Shown in pieces: positions 49,477 to 59,036 of a stretch of 64,000 nucleotides of DNA (the stretch's first letter is position 1; the number at the start of each line of letters is the position of its first letter). The stretch comes from Spirochaetaceae bacterium. GTDB lineage: Bacteria > Spirochaetota > Spirochaetia > DSM-2461. The translations under genes were made by a program, and so were the position numbers. Location: positions 24,985 to 88,984 of the forward strand of contig JAOPTT010000007.1 in NCBI GenBank assembly GCA_051531975.1, written 5' to 3'. Below the pieces are notes generated by a model. The model was not told the DNA's origin. It saw only the letters and a list, made by a program, of their open reading frames with translations, and ran no database searches.

Positions 49477-51065
49477 GAATATTTTTATTTGTATTACCTC
49501 TTTTTCTACTATCCTGTCGTAGTACACCTTCAGAGACTTATGAGAGTAGAATATCAGAATATTTTAACAATAACGATATAAATGATTGGTTGGCAGGGTT
49601 AGAACTAATTAATAAAACTCCAGAAAACCAATTTATCCTTTTATATGAAGTCTATTTAGATCCTAAGTTTAGCTTAATCCGGGATGAAGTTGCTGATACA
49701 ATATTGGGAACTATGGATAGGCAAAACTATGTTTTTCCAGATGTTATTTTTTTAGTACAAAACTCAGAACAAGTTCTATTGATTACCCAGTTAGCATCTA
49801 AATTCAGAATGCCTGATAAGTTAAGATTTTCAGAAACATGTTATCTTCTTGAGAGTTCTGATATTAAAAGCGAATTATTGCAAGGATTAGGGGAAACAGT
49901 GTTGGATTATTCTAATGCTCTTAATCTATATATATCAGATGAGATTCTTGTTAAAGCCGGAGTTATACAAAGTGCTGGGTACATAGTGGGGACTGAGGTG
50001 CAACATTGGCTAGTAGAAAGGTTATATGAAGAGAATACAGAACTATCAACAGGAGCTGTCTTTTCACTGTCTAAACATGGCTCCTATGGCTTATCCCTAC
50101 TAGCAAAAAATCTTCTATATCTATCCAATAGATTAATTTTAGTATCGTTAGATATTTTATCATTTAACAAAGTGGAAGATGCATATCCACTTTTTGCAGA
50201 ATTATTAGTAACAAGAAATGAACTAATTGAAGCAACTGTTGTAAAAGCTTACTCAGATCTTGGTTTAAAGGGAAAAGATTATATTGTAGATGCACTAAGA
50301 ATTTGTCACCCAGAAATTAGATTAACTCTGCTTAATTTGTTAAATAATATTGGGGAGAATGACTTTTTAGAAGAGATCCTATATCTAATAGAATATCCTG
50401 AATTACAAAAATTTATTCTAGAGCTTTATTTTAATAATAGTGCTGTAGATCTAATACGAGAAGTTCTTCTTAATTATAATCTGGATAAAATAGTTATCAA
50501 TTATGCTATACAGAATAATGATAAGATACTTTTTAATGATTATTCATTAACTGAATATACTCTTAATTATTTCCTTTTAAATTACGATCCAGAAATAGTC
50601 TATAATTATTTTACAGCTATAGGTTTTGAAGATAACTATATTAACGACTACTCATTTATGGTAGAAATTTTTAACGAACTAAATTATATAGAAGAAATTG
50701 ATAGCTTAAATGGTGAGATAGAATATGTAACTAAATATTTTGAATTGGAAGATAGTAGTGCTTTAGCTCAAAAAGAAAATGAAACTTTTTTTAAAGGTAT
50801 GGAGAACTGGTTAGAAACCAAAGATAATATTTTTCTTGATGAATCTTTAGCCGTTCGAGAAACAAATAATCCAAGATCTATACAGATTCGAGATTTAAAG
50901 AAAATATATCTAAAATCTTTGAATGAAGAACAGTACTTTAAAATATCAGATTACGAAAAATCAAAAAAAAATGTTGTAGCTAATTATAGGAAACTTACAT
51001 ATCGTCTGAAAGATTTTGCTAGAACACATATATACCATAGAGGTTATTTATCCCTGTTGTTATAA
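49473..51065 (+). CDS. Hypothetical lipoprotein, helical/HEAT-like repeats
   Basis: Lipobox LLSC; Leu-rich alpha-helical repeats. Confidence 0.7.
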   Translation: MRIFLFVLPLFLLSCRSTPSETYESRISEYFNNNDINDWLAGLELINKTPENQFILLYEVYLDPKFSLIRDEVADTILGTMDRQNYVFPDVIFLVQNSEQVLLITQLASKFRMPDKLRFSETCYLLESSDIKSELLQGLGETVLDYSNALNLYISDEILVKAGVIQSAGYIVGTEVQHWLVERLYEENTELSTGAVFSLSKHGSYGLSLLAKNLLYLSNRLILVSLDILSFNKVEDAYPLFAELLVTRNELIEATVVKAYSDLGLKGKDYIVDALRICHPEIRLTLLNLLNNIGENDFLEEILYLIEYPELQKFILELYFNNSAVDLIREVLLNYNLDKIVINYAIQNNDKILFNDYSLTEYTLNYFLLNYDPEIVYNYFTAIGFEDNYINDYSFMVEIFNELNYIEEIDSLNGEIEYVTKYFELEDSSALAQKENETFFKGMENWLETKDNIFLDESLAVRETNNPRSIQIRDLKKIYLKSLNEEQYFKISDYEKSKKNVVANYRKLTYRLKDFARTHIYHRGYLSLLL

Positions 51066-51080
51066 ATTATTAAAAGGGCG

Positions 51081-51112
51081 AAAAAAAAGTGTAATCAAAT
51101 GATTACACTTTT
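51081..51112. terminator. Terminator of the tRNA operon (potentially bidirectional)
   Basis: aaaagtgtaatc-aaat-gattacactttt with A8 run. Confidence 0.85.
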
Positions 51113-51115
51113 ATC

Positions 51116-51189
51116 CGAGAACAACGGGGATCGAACCCGTGATCTACGGCTTGACAGGCCGTCGCGATAACCAGCTTCGCTATGCTCCC
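51116..51189 (-). tRNA. tRNA-Asp (GTC)
   Basis: GGGAGCA/TGTTCTC acceptor stem, ACGGC-CTGTCAA-GCCGT anticodon arm, GGTTCGATCC T-arm; no encoded CCA. Confidence 0.96.
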
Positions 51190-51232
51190 AATTTGTTGTT
51201 TAGCGCTATTTTACCTAAGTAAAAAAGAGTTA

Positions 51233-51306
51233 CGAGAACAACGGGGATCGAACCCGTGATCTACGGCTTGACAGGCCGTCGCGATAACCAGCTTCGCTAT
51301 GCTCCC
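51233..51306 (-). tRNA. tRNA-Asp (GTC), identical second copy
   Basis: 74 nt identical to 51116-51189. Confidence 0.96.
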
Positions 51307-51325
51307 AATTTAACATCCTAAGAAA

Positions 51326-51398
51326 TACCCCGGAGCCGATTCGAACGGCCGGCCTATCGCTTAGGAGGCGATTGCTCTATCCCCTGAGCTACCGGGGC
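51326..51398 (-). tRNA. tRNA-Arg (CCT)
   Basis: GCCCCGG/CCGGGGT acceptor stem, ATCGC-CTCCTAA-GCGAT anticodon arm, TTCGAAT T-loop; no encoded CCA. Confidence 0.95.
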
Positions 51399-51414
51399 GC
51401 TAACAACGAAGATG

Positions 51415-51443
51415 ATATTAAGCAAACAACAGAAAAGAGTCAA
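51415..51443 (-). promoter_or_regulatory. Sigma-70 promoter of tRNA operon
   Basis: TTGACT-N17-TAATAT on minus strand. Confidence 0.7.
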
Positions 51444-51474
51444 CACCTTCTAGTTATTTATTATTAAAATTATA

Positions 51475-52572
51475 TTATTTAATATAATATCTTTTTACTC
51501 TATGAATATTTGTTAGTACTTCATAACTGATTGTTCCAATTTTTAATGCAATGGTATGGGCATTGGGTTCACCCTTTTTTGTCCCTATAAGGGTCACCTT
51601 GTCATATAGTTTAACAGTAGAATCAACTTCTAACATAATTTGATCCATACATATATTACCAACAATAGGGTAAATTTTATTATTAATTGAAACCTTTCCT
51701 AAATTAGATAATAGCCTAAAATATCCATCGGCGTATCCTATAGGTATTGTGGCTATAAATGTCTGCTTTGTTGTTGTATATGTCCGCCCATAGGATATAG
51801 AGCTACCTTTAGGGACTTGTTTAAGAGACACCACCTCTGTTTCTAATTCTAATACTGGCTTTAATCTAAAAACATTTTGTAGATATTCTGCTGGAGGATA
51901 TCCATAAAGAGTTATACCTGGTCTCACCATATTAAAAATTGAATCTGGGTTGATAGATATTCCACCAGAATTTGCAGCGTGTATGCACTGTGGTTTTATG
52001 TTTTCTGACTTTAAGTCTGTTAAAACATCTTTGAAAAGAGATAATTGTCTGTTTGTATAATCCTGGTTTTCAGATTCAGATGTTGATAAGTGGGTGCAAA
52101 TACCCTTAAGATTTAAATACTTTGAAACCTTAATTTTTAGTGCAATATCAAGCGCATCAGCTGGGGTACAACCAATTCTACCCATACCAGTATCAACTTT
52201 TAGGTGCACATTTGTTATTTTCCCTTGTGTGATACTCTCTTTTTCAATCTCTTGTATATAATTTATTGATGATACTACTGTCTCTATACCTAGCCTTACA
52301 ATATCCTTAACTTCAGATATAGACTGTAATGAATATAATATTATAGGAACTTTTATTCCATTGTTAAGAAGTTCTTCAGCTTCGTATATCGTTGCTACAC
52401 CAAAAAAATCACAACCATTTTCTTCTAAAGTCTTGGCAACTTGTACTGCGCCATGTCCATAAGCATTCGCTTTTACAGCTGCAGAGATCATAATATCGGG
52501 ACACCTTTTTTTAATTTGTAAAAAGTTATCCACTAAGTTATTTAAATGAATTTTTACTTTTGTGCACCTCAT
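51475..52572 (-). CDS. alr: Alanine racemase
   Basis: AVKANAYGHG, VHLKVDTGMGRIG, HAANS, VRPG, SYG, IGYADG, CMDQ. Confidence 0.97.
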   Translation of the reverse strand: MRCTKVKIHLNNLVDNFLQIKKRCPDIMISAAVKANAYGHGAVQVAKTLEENGCDFFGVATIYEAEELLNNGIKVPIILYSLQSISEVKDIVRLGIETVVSSINYIQEIEKESITQGKITNVHLKVDTGMGRIGCTPADALDIALKIKVSKYLNLKGICTHLSTSESENQDYTNRQLSLFKDVLTDLKSENIKPQCIHAANSGGISINPDSIFNMVRPGITLYGYPPAEYLQNVFRLKPVLELETEVVSLKQVPKGSSISYGRTYTTTKQTFIATIPIGYADGYFRLLSNLGKVSINNKIYPIVGNICMDQIMLEVDSTVKLYDKVTLIGTKKGEPNAHTIALKIGTISYEVLTNIHRVKRYYIK

Positions 52573-52618
52573 TTAATTTTTCCTTTGATTTTTATTTACA
52601 TAGTATTAAACTATTAAT

Positions 52619-52735
52619 ATGTTAAAAAATAAATATAAATCACATGTAATTTTAATCATATGTTTTTTTACATCATTTATAGTGCAATTAGTATTTACCC
52701 AAATGCTTTTACATTTTGGTTTTTTTAATGCATAA
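52619..52735 (+). CDS. Candidate 38-aa small membrane protein (not in ORF track)
   Basis: MLKNKYKSHVILIICFFTSFIVQLVFTQMLLHFGFFNA; TTGATT-N16-TAAACT promoter 6 nt before ATG. Confidence 0.4.
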   Translation: MLKNKYKSHVILIICFFTSFIVQLVFTQMLLHFGFFNA

Positions 52736-52767
52736 TAGTTTTTTAATAGTTTTATGGAAGGTAACCT

Positions 52768-54318
52768 ATGAGTGATGAAGTACAGTTTGCTAGTGAAAAG
52801 GTAGAGATAAATAAAAATGATTCAGCAGCTCTAAGCAATTGGAAAATTCTTATCGTTGATGATGAGAAAGAGATTCACCTAGTTACAACACATGTATTAA
52901 AAAACTTTAACTTTAATGAACGTGGCATTGATTTTTTTCACGCTTATAGTGCAGAAGAGTCAAAGGCTATTTTAAAAGATAATTCAGATATAGCACTTAT
53001 ATTTTTAGATGTTGTGATGGAAACTGATGACGCAGGACTTAGGCTCATCGAGTGGATTCGGGGATATTTAGGAAATAGGTTTGTTAGAATTGTATTACGA
53101 ACAGGCCAGCCTGGGTTAGCCCCAGAAAAAAATGTAATTTTAAATTATGACATCGATGACTATAGAGCAAAAACAGAACTTACAGCGGTTAGACTTTTTA
53201 CTACAACAGTAGCCTCTCTTAGAGCATATCGAATCATGATGGATCAAGAAGAAAACAGGATAGCTTTAGAGGCGTTAGTTAAAACATCTTGGTCAATGAA
53301 TTCAATTAGAAATGTAAAAATGTTTTTAGATGGAGTTATGCCCCAAGTAAGTTCATTTATGTCACTTGGTGAAAACTCATTTTTCTCCGAAGTAAAAAAA
53401 GTTAACGGTGTAAATATATTAAAACCTTTAATGGGTAGTGGGCGTTTTAAGTTAATAGATGATGATTTTGCATCTGAGTTAACTGAACATGAACATGAAA
53501 TTGTTGATATTGCCTTAGCTGAAGGACATCATGTTTTTGAAGATCAAATTGTTGTTGGTGTCGTTTTACATACAGATCCAGCAAATAGTCGATTACTTTT
53601 TATAGAGAGTCATGAAAAAATAAAAAGTTTAGATCTTTCAGTACTAAAAATATTTTTATCAAGTTTAGATTCAGCATTTGAGAATATGTTACTTGCATTC
53701 GAAGTTGAAGAGGCCCATGTTTCTCAAATTAATATGCAAAAAGCTCTACTAGATAGGCTTAATAATGTCATTTCAATACGGTCAAAAGAGACTGCAGGGC
53801 ATGTTAGAAGAGTTGCAGAGTGTTCTGTGTTGTTAGCAGAATATCACGGACAGGAAAGTGAATATTTAGAGTTGTTAAAAACCGCATCCCCAATGCATGA
53901 TATTGGAAAGATAGGTGTACCCGATTCTATTCTTTTAAAACCCGGACAACTTACTGAATCAGAGAGAGATATAATAAATACCCATGCCTCTATAGGACGA
54001 GATATGTTTGAAGGAGATGAATCACCACTACTTCAGATGACTAGAGATATAGCTGGAGGGCACCATGAAAAATGGGATGGATCTGGTTACCCTAGCCAAT
54101 TAAAGGGTGTAGAGATACCTTTAGCAGGTCGTATAACAGCGATTTGTGATGTCTTTGATGCTCTATCTTCCGCACGTCCATATAAAGATGCACTACCTTT
54201 AGATATTGTAACTGAGATAATGAATAATGGTCGAGGACAACATTTTGACCCTGAACTTTTAGATCTTTTTATGGATCATCTAGATGAGATGTGTGGCATA
54301 TTTAATACTTACGATTAA
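52768..54318 (+). CDS. Response regulator with DUF3369-like and HD-GYP (cyclic di-GMP phosphodiesterase) domains
   Basis: ILIVDDE, FLDVVME, RTGQPG; HDIGKIG, HHEKWDGSGYP, DVFDAL. Confidence 0.92.
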   Translation: MSDEVQFASEKVEINKNDSAALSNWKILIVDDEKEIHLVTTHVLKNFNFNERGIDFFHAYSAEESKAILKDNSDIALIFLDVVMETDDAGLRLIEWIRGYLGNRFVRIVLRTGQPGLAPEKNVILNYDIDDYRAKTELTAVRLFTTTVASLRAYRIMMDQEENRIALEALVKTSWSMNSIRNVKMFLDGVMPQVSSFMSLGENSFFSEVKKVNGVNILKPLMGSGRFKLIDDDFASELTEHEHEIVDIALAEGHHVFEDQIVVGVVLHTDPANSRLLFIESHEKIKSLDLSVLKIFLSSLDSAFENMLLAFEVEEAHVSQINMQKALLDRLNNVISIRSKETAGHVRRVAECSVLLAEYHGQESEYLELLKTASPMHDIGKIGVPDSILLKPGQLTESERDIINTHASIGRDMFEGDESPLLQMTRDIAGGHHEKWDGSGYPSQLKGVEIPLAGRITAICDVFDALSSARPYKDALPLDIVTEIMNNGRGQHFDPELLDLFMDHLDEMCGIFNTYD

Positions 54319-54325
54319 TACCTAT

Positions 54326-54364
54326 TTAACACAATCTTAACAATTCTCAAATACAACTTTAATA
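54326..54364 (+). promoter_or_regulatory. Pho-box-like direct repeats
   Basis: TTAACA(54326), TTAACA(54337), CAAATA(54348), TTAATA(54359) at exact 11-bp period, then -10 TATGAT at 54374. Confidence 0.75.
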
Positions 54365-54403
54365 ACTGTTTTTTATGATATTATAAGTAAGAGGTACTAT
54401 TTT

Positions 54404-55096
54404 ATGGCACATGAGAAAATCTTAATAATAGAAGATGAAAAAGATATATTAGAATTAATTGCATTTAATCTAGAATGTTCTGGATACGAAGTTTTGAAAG
54501 CTTCCGATGGAGAAGTTGGATTAAAACTTGCAAAAGAGGCAAATCCAGACCTTGTTCTTTTAGATCTAATGCTGCCAGGAATAGATGGTTTTGATGTATG
54601 TCGAGGGTTAAAACAAGAGAAAAATAGTAGAAATATTCCAATAATAATGTTAACAGCTAGAGGTGAAGATACAGATATTGTTTCTGGACTTGAACTCGGG
54701 GCTGAGGATTATATTACAAAACCATTTAGCCCAAAGATTTTAGTTGCACGTATACGAACTGTTTTACGAAGAGCTGCTGGAAATACTGAGGACGATGAAG
54801 AAACTTTAAATATTAATGGTATTTATATGGATATTAGCAAACATATAGTAAAAATTGAATCCGATAAGATTGATCTTTCTACAACCGAGTTTGATATCTT
54901 GAGAGTCTTGATGTCATCGCCAGGTTGGGTATATTCTAGAAATCAGATTATAGATGCTGTTAAAGGTTCTAATTACCCAGTAACACAAAGGTCGGTAGAT
55001 GTTCAAATTTTAGGTTTAAGAAAAAAACTTGGGAATAAAGGTCTGTATATTGAAACTGTAAGAGGTGTTGGATATAGGTTGAAGGAAGAGTCGTGA
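54404..55096 (+). CDS. phoB: OmpR-family response regulator, PhoB/PhoP type
   Basis: LLDLMLP, IIMLTARGED.D.VSGLELGA.DYITKPF, ETVRGVGY; upstream Pho box; paired with PhoR-like kinase. Confidence 0.8.
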   Translation: MAHEKILIIEDEKDILELIAFNLECSGYEVLKASDGEVGLKLAKEANPDLVLLDLMLPGIDGFDVCRGLKQEKNSRNIPIIMLTARGEDTDIVSGLELGAEDYITKPFSPKILVARIRTVLRRAAGNTEDDEETLNINGIYMDISKHIVKIESDKIDLSTTEFDILRVLMSSPGWVYSRNQIIDAVKGSNYPVTQRSVDVQILGLRKKLGNKGLYIETVRGVGYRLKEES

Positions 55097-56850
55097 AACA
55101 AAGAAGTATATTTACAACACTTTTTACAATATTTCTATTTATTATTTTAACATCCATTGGAGCTTCAGCAATATATAGTATAACAACTTTTAGTAACCTT
55201 ATATATCAGATGGAAGAAGATGAACTAATAGAAAAAACTGAGATTATGCACTCTTTGTTTCCCATAAACAGTATAAAAAACAGGGCAATTATTAACAACT
55301 TTACTAATTCAGGTTTGGGGAAATCTACCCGAATTACTATCTTGGATAAAAATGGAAAGATCCTTTCAGACTCTCAACAAGATTATGAACTGATGGATAA
55401 TCATATAAATAGACCAGAGATTCAATTAAGTATTAGTGGCAAGTCTCAGATCGTTTCAAGATATAGTGAAACATTAAAGCAGCATATGACATATTATGCT
55501 CTACCAATAATTAAAGATTCAAAAATTATCGGTTTTATTCGTACTTCTGCATCGGTTGAACTCTTAAAAAGTAGGGTTAGAGTTGTAACTATTACCATAA
55601 GCATTATTAGTTTGGTTATTATCATTTTATCAATCGCAATATGTTATACAATAGCGATAAATTTTAGTGTATCTATTAACTCAGTTAAAAGGGTTGCTAA
55701 TTTTTACTCAAAAGGTAAATTTAACTACTCTTTATCTGAAGAAGGAACTAGAGAGATGGCCTCTTTATCTAATTCTATAAATAATATGGGACAACTATTA
55801 CAAGATCGGTTTTTTACAATAAGTAAACAAAAAAATAGATATAAATCAATGTTGGAGAGCATGATAGAGCCAGTTATTAGGATGGATAATAATTTTATTA
55901 TAGAAGAAATTAATAGATCTGCAGAACTAATATTTGGTAATAAAAGAGAATATGTTAAAGGTAAAATTTTAACTAATTTTATAGATAACAGTAATATTTA
56001 TGAATTTTGTAAGAGTATAATTGATGGTAACCCATTATTAGAAACTATTGTTGACCATAATGGATCACATCTACAGATTCATGGATCAATCTTATACGAT
56101 GCAGAAAAGACAAAAATTGGGATATTATTAGTGATTAATGACTTAACAGAGAGGGTTCGCCTCGAGCATATGAGAAAGGAATTTGTTGCCAATGTATCCC
56201 ATGAACTTAGGACTCCTACAACTGCAATTCAAGGGTATATTGAGACTTTAATGAACAATGAAGTAAGCCCAGAGCAAAATACTAAGTTCTTAAATATACT
56301 TTACAGCCATAGTACCAGACTTAATAATATTATAGACGATCTTCTGGTTTTAGCTGGTTTAGAAAGAGATGGAGCTAGTTTTATTCCCGAGAGTTTTCCT
56401 GTCTTAGACCTTATATCCAGTGCAATTAATATTGTTAATAGTAAAGCAATTAGTAAAAATATAGATATTGTTGTTAATAGCTCTGAAAAGCATATTATTT
56501 ACGCACATCCTCTATTATCTGAGCAAGCTCTAATAAACTTATTATCAAATGCTGTTAATTATAGTGACCCGGGTAGTGTAGTAACAGTTAGAACCATATT
56601 TGAAAAACCGGACTTAATAATAGAAGTTGAGGATAATGGTCAAGGAATACCCAAAAAAGATATAGAGGATATTTTTGAACGGTTTTTTAGAGTAGATAGA
56701 GCTCGAAGTCGTAATCAAGGTGGTTCAGGATTAGGCCTTTCTATTGTAAAAAGAGTAATGAATATCCATGGGGGATATGCTTCTGTTTTGAGTGAAATTG
56801 ATAAAGGTTCAATATTTTCTTTAAGGTTTCCTTGCCGTAATAACAGTTAA
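55093..56850 (+). CDS. phoR: Sensor histidine kinase, PhoR type (HAMP, PAS)
   Basis: MDNH..RPEI, RKEFVANVSHELRTP, NLLSNAVNY, IFERFFRVDRARSR..GGSGLGL. Confidence 0.82.
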   Translation: MKQRSIFTTLFTIFLFIILTSIGASAIYSITTFSNLIYQMEEDELIEKTEIMHSLFPINSIKNRAIINNFTNSGLGKSTRITILDKNGKILSDSQQDYELMDNHINRPEIQLSISGKSQIVSRYSETLKQHMTYYALPIIKDSKIIGFIRTSASVELLKSRVRVVTITISIISLVIIILSIAICYTIAINFSVSINSVKRVANFYSKGKFNYSLSEEGTREMASLSNSINNMGQLLQDRFFTISKQKNRYKSMLESMIEPVIRMDNNFIIEEINRSAELIFGNKREYVKGKILTNFIDNSNIYEFCKSIIDGNPLLETIVDHNGSHLQIHGSILYDAEKTKIGILLVINDLTERVRLEHMRKEFVANVSHELRTPTTAIQGYIETLMNNEVSPEQNTKFLNILYSHSTRLNNIIDDLLVLAGLERDGASFIPESFPVLDLISSAINIVNSKAISKNIDIVVNSSEKHIIYAHPLLSEQALINLLSNAVNYSDPGSVVTVRTIFEKPDLIIEVEDNGQGIPKKDIEDIFERFFRVDRARSRNQGGSGLGLSIVKRVMNIHGGYASVLSEIDKGSIFSLRFPCRNNS

Positions 56851-56866
56851 GAACTATATTACACAT

Positions 56867-57217
56867 ATGATAAATCTTATATACAGAGTAGTTTTTTATA
56901 TTCTACTCTTAAAATTAACTATGACTTTGTATCAGAGAAGATATAACTCTGAAGGTGGAAAAAAAAGAATAGCGTCTCTATATCAGAGTGTTGTAATAGG
57001 TGCATTATATTGCTTTATATCAATTGTTATGGCCAAATCTTTTAACTATTATTTAGTTTATATTGCTGTTTTTGTTACAATAAGTTCTTGTATCTACTAT
57101 AGAAAAAAGTTGTTCCCATACAAATCTAAGTGTCAAAATTGTGGTGATAAACTAAAAATCCGACAAATTCTGTTCATTGATAGCCAAATATGTCCAAATT
57201 GTGAAATAAAGGATTGA
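56867..57217 (+). CDS. Hypothetical membrane protein with C-terminal CxxC..CxxC
   Basis: 3 hydrophobic segments; CQNC...CPNC. Confidence 0.72.
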   Translation: MINLIYRVVFYILLLKLTMTLYQRRYNSEGGKKRIASLYQSVVIGALYCFISIVMAKSFNYYLVYIAVFVTISSCIYYRKKLFPYKSKCQNCGDKLKIRQILFIDSQICPNCEIKD

Positions 57218-57245
57218 CCTTAGTCGCTTCTCGTATTATAAAAGT

Positions 57246-57270
57246 ATAGTTGATTGATAAAACAAACTAT
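57246..57270. promoter_or_regulatory. ROK/XylR-type 25-bp operator
   Basis: ATAGTTGATTGATAAAACAAACTAT imperfect palindrome directly after TTGACC-N17-TATAAA promoter. Confidence 0.65.
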
Positions 57271-57287
57271 CAATAAGAGGAGTGAAT

Positions 57288-58385
57288 ATGGCTGATAATA
57301 AATCTTTTCAGAAAAGTGCTAACGTTTCATTAGTTATGCAGACTATTAGAGTCAAAAAACATATTTCACGTATAGATATTTCTAGAGAGTTAGGTCTAGA
57401 TAGGTCTACAATTACAAATATTGTAACAAAACTTATAGATAAAAAACTATTGTTGGAAGTTGCTGAGGGTAGTTCTGTTTCTAAAGGTGGTAGAAAGCCA
57501 GTTTTATTAGGTATAAACAGTAACTTTGGTCTTATACTAGGTTTGGAAATACAGGTTCAATTTTATAGAGCAACTCTAATGTCACTAGACGGAACAATAA
57601 TTTGGAATAAAACTGATACATTAAATAATACTACAAATCTTAAAAATATAATATTAGATGTCTATTCTAATTTAAAAGATGATATTGAGAGTATCAATAC
57701 ACCTCTACTTGGAATTGGAATTGGGCTTCCTGGGCAGATAAATCCTGTAGAAGGAACCCTATTACCTCCTAGCCCTTTTTATAACTCAAATGATAATAAT
57801 ACTAACGACATTTCAGACATGTTTGATATACCTGTTCTTTTTGATAACGATGCAAATTGCTGTGCTTGGGGTGTTTTAGAACAGCGTAAAGAGAATAATA
57901 TTCAAAACTTTTTATATTCAATAATGGAAGTACACGGTGCTGATGATAAAGCTACAGAAAATGATTTTGGTTTTGGAATTGTTGTAAACGGGGATGTATA
58001 TTATGGATACAATTACGCTGCTGGAGAGATGTATAAATCATTAATTGAAAATACCTCTATTGATACAGATGCAGAAGGTTACTTTAATGAACTTTTTGAT
58101 AAATTATCCATGTTTGTTTCATTTTTAAATCCTAGCCACCTTTTTTTAGGTGGGGAATTTATTACCCATGAAGAGGTTGCACTAAAAAGTCTTAAACAGA
58201 GTCCTTTAAATGATCAATGTGAAGTCGTATTTTCTTGTCATAGAGAATTTGAAGTCTCTTTTGGTGCTGCTAGTATGTTTATAGAGAGATTATTTAAAGT
58301 TCAGGGTGTAGAAGATCATGACAAGCCAGAACTTACTTGGGACAGTATTATAGAAGTTAGAAGCAACAGAAGGAGTATCTCATGA
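57288..58385 (+). CDS. ROK family transcriptional regulator
   Basis: ISRIDISRELGLDRSTIT HTH, GGRKP, GIGLPG, DNDANCCA, GYNYAAGE; ATG 57288 after GAGGAG. Confidence 0.92.
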   Translation: MADNKSFQKSANVSLVMQTIRVKKHISRIDISRELGLDRSTITNIVTKLIDKKLLLEVAEGSSVSKGGRKPVLLGINSNFGLILGLEIQVQFYRATLMSLDGTIIWNKTDTLNNTTNLKNIILDVYSNLKDDIESINTPLLGIGIGLPGQINPVEGTLLPPSPFYNSNDNNTNDISDMFDIPVLFDNDANCCAWGVLEQRKENNIQNFLYSIMEVHGADDKATENDFGFGIVVNGDVYYGYNYAAGEMYKSLIENTSIDTDAEGYFNELFDKLSMFVSFLNPSHLFLGGEFITHEEVALKSLKQSPLNDQCEVVFSCHREFEVSFGAASMFIERLFKVQGVEDHDKPELTWDSIIEVRSNRRSIS

Positions 58386-59026
58386 AATCAATAGACATAC
58401 ACTTTATAGATACTATAGTTGATATAGAATTAAGTTATATGCATGATTATTTTGAAGATTTACCTAAATATGAAATAGGTGAAATTAACTGGAAAAAGTT
58501 TTCTTATCTTCCAGAAGCTAAATTTAGAATCTTTTATTCAAATATATCGATTTTCATTAAGTATGATGTCTTAGAGCAGAGTGTTTTAGCGCAAAAATTA
58601 AATGTAAACGACCCTGTTCATAAAGATAGTTGTGTTGAGTTTTTTGTATCCCCAGGGGACGGTAAATATTATAACTTTGAGTTCAACTGTATAGGGACAA
58701 AATATTTAGGAAGTGGTGCTGATAGATCCTCAGGGAAAACAATGCATAAAGAAACTACAAGTAAAATAAAGACTATGTCTAGTTTAGGACACAGAGGGTT
58801 TGATGAGATAAAAAAGGACACTAGATGGTCACTTATTGTTGAGATACCTTTTGAAATATTTACAGATAAAAATATCGATGAAATTAAAGGCTCATCGATG
58901 GAAGCAAACTTTTACAAGTGTGGTGATCAAATGTTAGTTCCACACTATGTTACATGGAATAAAATAAATACAGAGGAACCAGACTTTCATAGACCTGAAT
59001 GTTTTGGCCAGATTAATTTTAAATAA
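58382..59026 (+). CDS. Carbohydrate-binding family 9-like protein (no signal peptide)
   Basis: DSCVEFF, YYNFEFNCIG, ANFYKCGD...PHY..W, PDFHRPE.FG. Confidence 0.8.
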   Translation: MKSIDIHFIDTIVDIELSYMHDYFEDLPKYEIGEINWKKFSYLPEAKFRIFYSNISIFIKYDVLEQSVLAQKLNVNDPVHKDSCVEFFVSPGDGKYYNFEFNCIGTKYLGSGADRSSGKTMHKETTSKIKTMSSLGHRGFDEIKKDTRWSLIVEIPFEIFTDKNIDEIKGSSMEANFYKCGDQMLVPHYVTWNKINTEEPDFHRPECFGQINFK

Positions 59027-59036
59027 TGGAGGAATT

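Noticed and set aside
51116..51306. tRNA duplication as attL/attR of an integrated element
   Set aside because: Both copies are full length, only 43 nt apart, with no integrase or cargo between them.
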